Position numbers and translations under genes: made by a program | Shown here: piece by piece, positions 61,501-64,000 of the stretch | How the letters are laid out: every line of letters begins with the position of its first letter | How positions within the stretch are numbered: the first letter of the stretch is position 1 | The notes under the pieces: generated by a model | Database searches by the model: none | What the model saw: the letters and a program-made list of their open reading frames with translations, nothing else | What the model was told of the DNA's origin: nothing | Assembly (NCBI GenBank): GCA_029262195.1 | Contig: JAJCZX010000014.1 | Coordinates: forward strand, 80,438 to 144,437 | Direction of reading: 5' to 3' | Origin: Gemmatimonadota bacterium | GTDB lineage: Bacteria > Gemmatimonadota > Gemmatimonadetes > Gemmatimonadales > GWC2-71-9 | DNA: 64,000 bases

Positions 61501-61681
61501 AATGATCCGCGCCCGACCCATCATCCTCACCGCGGCCGCAGTTGTGATCGGCGGCGCGGTAATGGTAACGGATCCCATTTTTCAGGGCCTCGGCGTGGCG
61601 ATGATCAGCGGAGCAATTGTTGCCACGGGTTTGACGCTCGTGGCGATTCCGTTGCTTTACTATGAGATTAGTAAGAAGTGA
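58532..61681 (+). CDS. RND efflux permease (AcrB/CzcA superfamily)
   Basis: PREEEPQI, GILVDDAIVVVEN, GIIVRNSILLVDF, RARPIILT. Confidence 0.93.
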   Translation: MKTGVSGAIARKFLHSKLTPLLTVASIFAGIAGLATTPREEEPQIRVPMIDVAVGFVGATPREVERRIVEPLERLIWEVPGVEYVYSASYADGALVTARYEVGTEPEAAVTRMWSKIFANVDKIPPGATQPFISLHGINEVPILTITLSGGSDAGDGYLLRQQAGELVRELKRIPNIAETWVIGGAPRELTVTLNPQALAVRGLSAGAVAGVITSSNDEFPGGDVVNANTNVPFRLGNLIRNREQVEQLVIGISGDRPILLSDVAEVRDGPAEPVAYVEFLSGGTEGEFEPAVTIAVAKREGTNAATLAHQVEERLHTLTGSVISNDVNVTITRDYGETATEKSRELLLHIMIATFGVVLLVWLALGWREAVVVLVAVPVTLALTLLVYRLYGYTLNRITLFALVFAIGILVDDAIVVVENIARHIRTGKNTLVEAAVLGVDEVGNPTILATLTVIAAILPMAFVSGLMGPYMRPIPVGASVAMVFSLAVAFVVTPYLAVRLIKEKTPTGSNHEGLPDGRLARRYRQFFESLVDSSGKRTFVYAVMVVMLLGAVLLVPARLVTVKMLPFDNKSEFQLIIDMPESTTLERTAEVTKTLALAVVNDEAISNIQTYVGTAAPFNFNGLVRHYFLRKGPTVADIQVNLYPKDERDASSHEIALRLRPIIDSIASANGASVKLAEIPPGPPVLATLTAEVYGPTPQARMSLARGLKSVFEGTEGVVDVDWSVESSHDQLRAVIGQAELARAGSSTEEAVGALVAGLGGFTAGLLHDDEAAEDIPIRLRMSDAASGSEEELSALPLSTPGGARLLGTFSSFQRETAPQPIFHKNLRPVIYVTADVAGALESPAYAMIEMTEAIEALDGGTEVYWASSPTVTEDAFVVWDGEWQITYEVFRDLGIAFAAVLVLIYFLVVAWFQSFSIPLVIMAPIPLTLVGILPAHALTGAFFTATSMIGMIALAGIIVRNSILLVDFIELGLENGATLKEAVVASGMIRARPIILTAAAVVIGGAVMVTDPIFQGLGVAMISGAIVATGLTLVAIPLLYYEISKK

Positions 61682-61723
61682 GAAGTCGGGAAGAAAAAAG
61701 CGTTCATTGAAGAGGAAGGCATA

Positions 61724-62119
61724 ATGAAATCGGTCGAATATTCGCTATACAAAAAGCTTGAAGGAGTTCCCTTTGACGAGGCAGTCAGCAGGGCGACCGC
61801 CGAGTTAAAAGAAGAGGGTTTTGGGGTACTAACGACGATAGACGTCAAGGCAACACTCAAGGAAAAAATCGACGTCGACTTCAAGGCCTATACGATCCTG
61901 GGAGCGTGTAATCCTGTCCTGGCGCACCGCGCGTTGAGCGAGGATGACAACATCGGTTTGTTGTTGCCGTGCAACGTGGTGGTGGGAGAAACTGACCGTG
62001 GTTCGGAAGTCGGGATCATCAATCCTATCACCATGATGTCGATGGCAGGCTCTCCGGGATTAGAGTCCGTGGCAAAAGAGGCGAACGAAAAGCTTTCGCG
62101 AGTGCTGGAACGGCTATAG
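61724..62119 (+). CDS. DUF302 domain protein
   Basis: GFGVLTTIDV, ILGACNP, IGLLLPCNVVV. Confidence 0.9.
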   Translation: MKSVEYSLYKKLEGVPFDEAVSRATAELKEEGFGVLTTIDVKATLKEKIDVDFKAYTILGACNPVLAHRALSEDDNIGLLLPCNVVVGETDRGSEVGIINPITMMSMAGSPGLESVAKEANEKLSRVLERL

Positions 62120-62122
62120 AAT

Positions 62123-62143
62123 AACGGGCCGAATTCCCGTTTT
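62123..62143 (+). terminator. Weak terminator-like hairpin after DUF302
   Basis: AACGGG-CCGAATT-CCCGTT-TT. Confidence 0.4.
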
Positions 62144-62187
62144 CGGACTTCGGTGATACGTTTCCGTCTCACCCTAATCTTGAAAAC

Positions 62188-64000
62188 ATGAAAGTTTTAG
62201 AACGCTCCGTCTACGTCGGCCCCAGCCAATACGCTCATTTTCCGGTCATTCGTCTCAAACTGGACCTCGGTCCCCTCGAAGAATGGTCCTCCACCAGATT
62301 GGGCGACTCATTTGTTAGGGCACTGGTCGAAGCCCTGCCAGGGTTGCAGGAACACGGGTGTTCCTATGGAGAGCCCGGTGGGTTCATCCGGCGACTGACC
62401 GAAGACGAAGGCACGTGGATGGGGCATGTCCTCGAACACGCTGCTATCGAAATTCAGAACATGGCCGGCGAGGATGTCACGTTCGGCAAGACTCGGGGTG
62501 CGGGTGAAAAGGGGGTCTACAACGTCGTCTACGAATACGTCGACCGAAAAGTCGGAATCGAGGCGGGCAAACTGGCCCTCGCTTTGCTCCACTCGCTGGT
62601 TCCGCAAGAGTTAGTGCTTGAACCGGACGACCCCGAGTTCGACTTCGAGGAAGCGCGCGACGACTTCATCCGCTACACACAGAAAAATGCGTTTGGACCC
62701 AGCACGGCTGCACTGGTCAAGGCCGCCGAGGAGAGGGATATTCCCTGGATCCGCCTGAACGACTACTCTCTCATTCAATTCGGCCACGGCAAACACCGGC
62801 AAAGAATACAGGCGACCATCACCAGCCAAACTCCCCATATCGGGGTCGAGATTGCGTCCGACAAAGAGGAAACCAACCAACTTCTGGGCCGACTGGGTTT
62901 GCCGGTCCCCCGTCAACGTCTGGTGTACCGGGAAGAAGACGCCGCCGTTTTCGCCGAGAGGATCGGTTTCCCGGTCGTGGTCAAACCGCTCAACGCCAAT
63001 CACGGTCGCGGCGTTTCAATTGCTGTGCCTGACTCGGAGCATGTGAGAATCGCTTTCCAACAGGCCCGCGAACATTCTCGAGGAGTCATTGTTGAGACCT
63101 ACGTAACTGGCCTGGACCATCGGATGCTGGTCGTCAACGGCGAACTCGTGGCGGTAGCCAAGCGCGTCCCGGGCCACGTCGTAGGAGATGGCAAGAGTAC
63201 AATCGAAGAACTGGTTGATGAAGTAAACAGCGATCCGCGTCGCGGCATCGGCCACGAGAAAGTTCTGACCAAGATTGAATTCGATTACCAGGCCAATCGT
63301 CTGCTGGGAATTCTAGGTTACGAAAAAACCACTGTCCCGCCCAAGGATGAACCTGTTTACCTCCGATCAACCGGAAACCTCTCAACCGGAGGAACTGCGG
63401 TCGACGTAACGGACCTGGTTCACCCGGACAATCGAGATATGGCCGAACGGGCAGCAAAGGCTATCGGATTGGATGTGGCAGGTGTGGATTTCCTGACCGA
63501 CGACATCAGCCGTTCCTTCAAAGAAATCGGCGGTGGCATCTGTGAAGTAAATGCAGCGCCAGGCTTCAGGATGCACACTAACCCCAGTGAGGGTATGCCT
63601 CGAGACGTGGCCGGCAAAGTGATGGATATGCTTTTTCCCGAAGGGTCTCCTGCGAGGATCCCGATACTTTCGCTAACGGGGACAAACGGAAAAACAACAA
63701 CGGTCCGAATGCTCGCCCACATCTATAAGATGGCCGGAGCAAGCGTGGGCCTAACCACTACTGACGGCGTTTATATAGACGGACAGATGACCGTTGAAGG
63801 AGACATGACGGGGCCAACATCAGCCAGGATGGTTTTGCAAGACCCGTCTGTGGACGTGGCGGTGTTGGAAACCGCACGAGGCGGTCTCTTGCGATCCGGA
63901 ATGGGCTATCGCCGCTGCGATGTCGGCGCATGTCTAAACGTCGCCGCAGATCATCTGGGCCTCAAAGGAATCGACACCCTCGAAGATCTGGCGGAAGTAA
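62188..64000 (+). CDS. cphA: Cyanophycin synthetase (3' truncated by window; absent from ORF track)
   Basis: Manual translation MKVLERSVYVGPSQY...HGCSYGEPGGF...GTWMGHVLEH, FGPSTAALV, KPLNANHGRG, NLSTGG, EVNAAPG, TGTNGKTT, ETARGG. Confidence 0.93.
   Translation, partial: MKVLERSVYVGPSQYAHFPVIRLKLDLGPLEEWSSTRLGDSFVRALVEALPGLQEHGCSYGEPGGFIRRLTEDEGTWMGHVLEHAAIEIQNMAGEDVTFGKTRGAGEKGVYNVVYEYVDRKVGIEAGKLALALLHSLVPQELVLEPDDPEFDFEEARDDFIRYTQKNAFGPSTAALVKAAEERDIPWIRLNDYSLIQFGHGKHRQRIQATITSQTPHIGVEIASDKEETNQLLGRLGLPVPRQRLVYREEDAAVFAERIGFPVVVKPLNANHGRGVSIAVPDSEHVRIAFQQAREHSRGVIVETYVTGLDHRMLVVNGELVAVAKRVPGHVVGDGKSTIEELVDEVNSDPRRGIGHEKVLTKIEFDYQANRLLGILGYEKTTVPPKDEPVYLRSTGNLSTGGTAVDVTDLVHPDNRDMAERAAKAIGLDVAGVDFLTDDISRSFKEIGGGICEVNAAPGFRMHTNPSEGMPRDVAGKVMDMLFPEGSPARIPILSLTGTNGKTTTVRMLAHIYKMAGASVGLTTTDGVYIDGQMTVEGDMTGPTSARMVLQDPSVDVAVLETARGGLLRSGMGYRRCDVGACLNVAADHLGLKGIDTLEDLAEV

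Noticed and set aside
62308-63722. Short ORFs listed in the track at the right end
   Set aside because: They are shadows of the cphA frame, which runs off the window

Overview
Chromosomal window of a moderately GC-rich bacterium; gene order and protein style suggest Gemmatimonadota (inference). Positions 1-42.5 kb are mostly minus-strand housekeeping genes: por alpha/beta, tmRNA, dusB-larB-DGC, lysA/proS/hisS/folC/accD, the mre-mrd operon, ald, pnp-rpsO, the rpsB-tsf-pyrH-frr-uppS-cdsA-dxr-rseP cluster, rplM-rpsI, an acyl-CoA carboxylase, rpsA, cmk and aroA. A RAYT (Y1 HUH) transposase with three tandem REP palindromes lies just downstream of the tmRNA. Positions 42.5-64 kb are accessory-like: secreted unknown proteins, an ECF sigma/ZAS-YCII anti-sigma pair with three matching promoter motifs, ferritin, and a cyanophycin set (iadA-cphB...cphA; cphA is missing from the ORF track) split by an ArsR-TolC-MFP-RND-DUF302 cassette. 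The most striking unexplained element is the intergenic region at 49.1-49.8 kb. It holds a dense DnaA-box cluster, then a sigma70-like promoter, then about 420 nt of helix-rich sequence ending in an intrinsic terminator. This is a candidate large structured ncRNA that I cannot assign to a known family.
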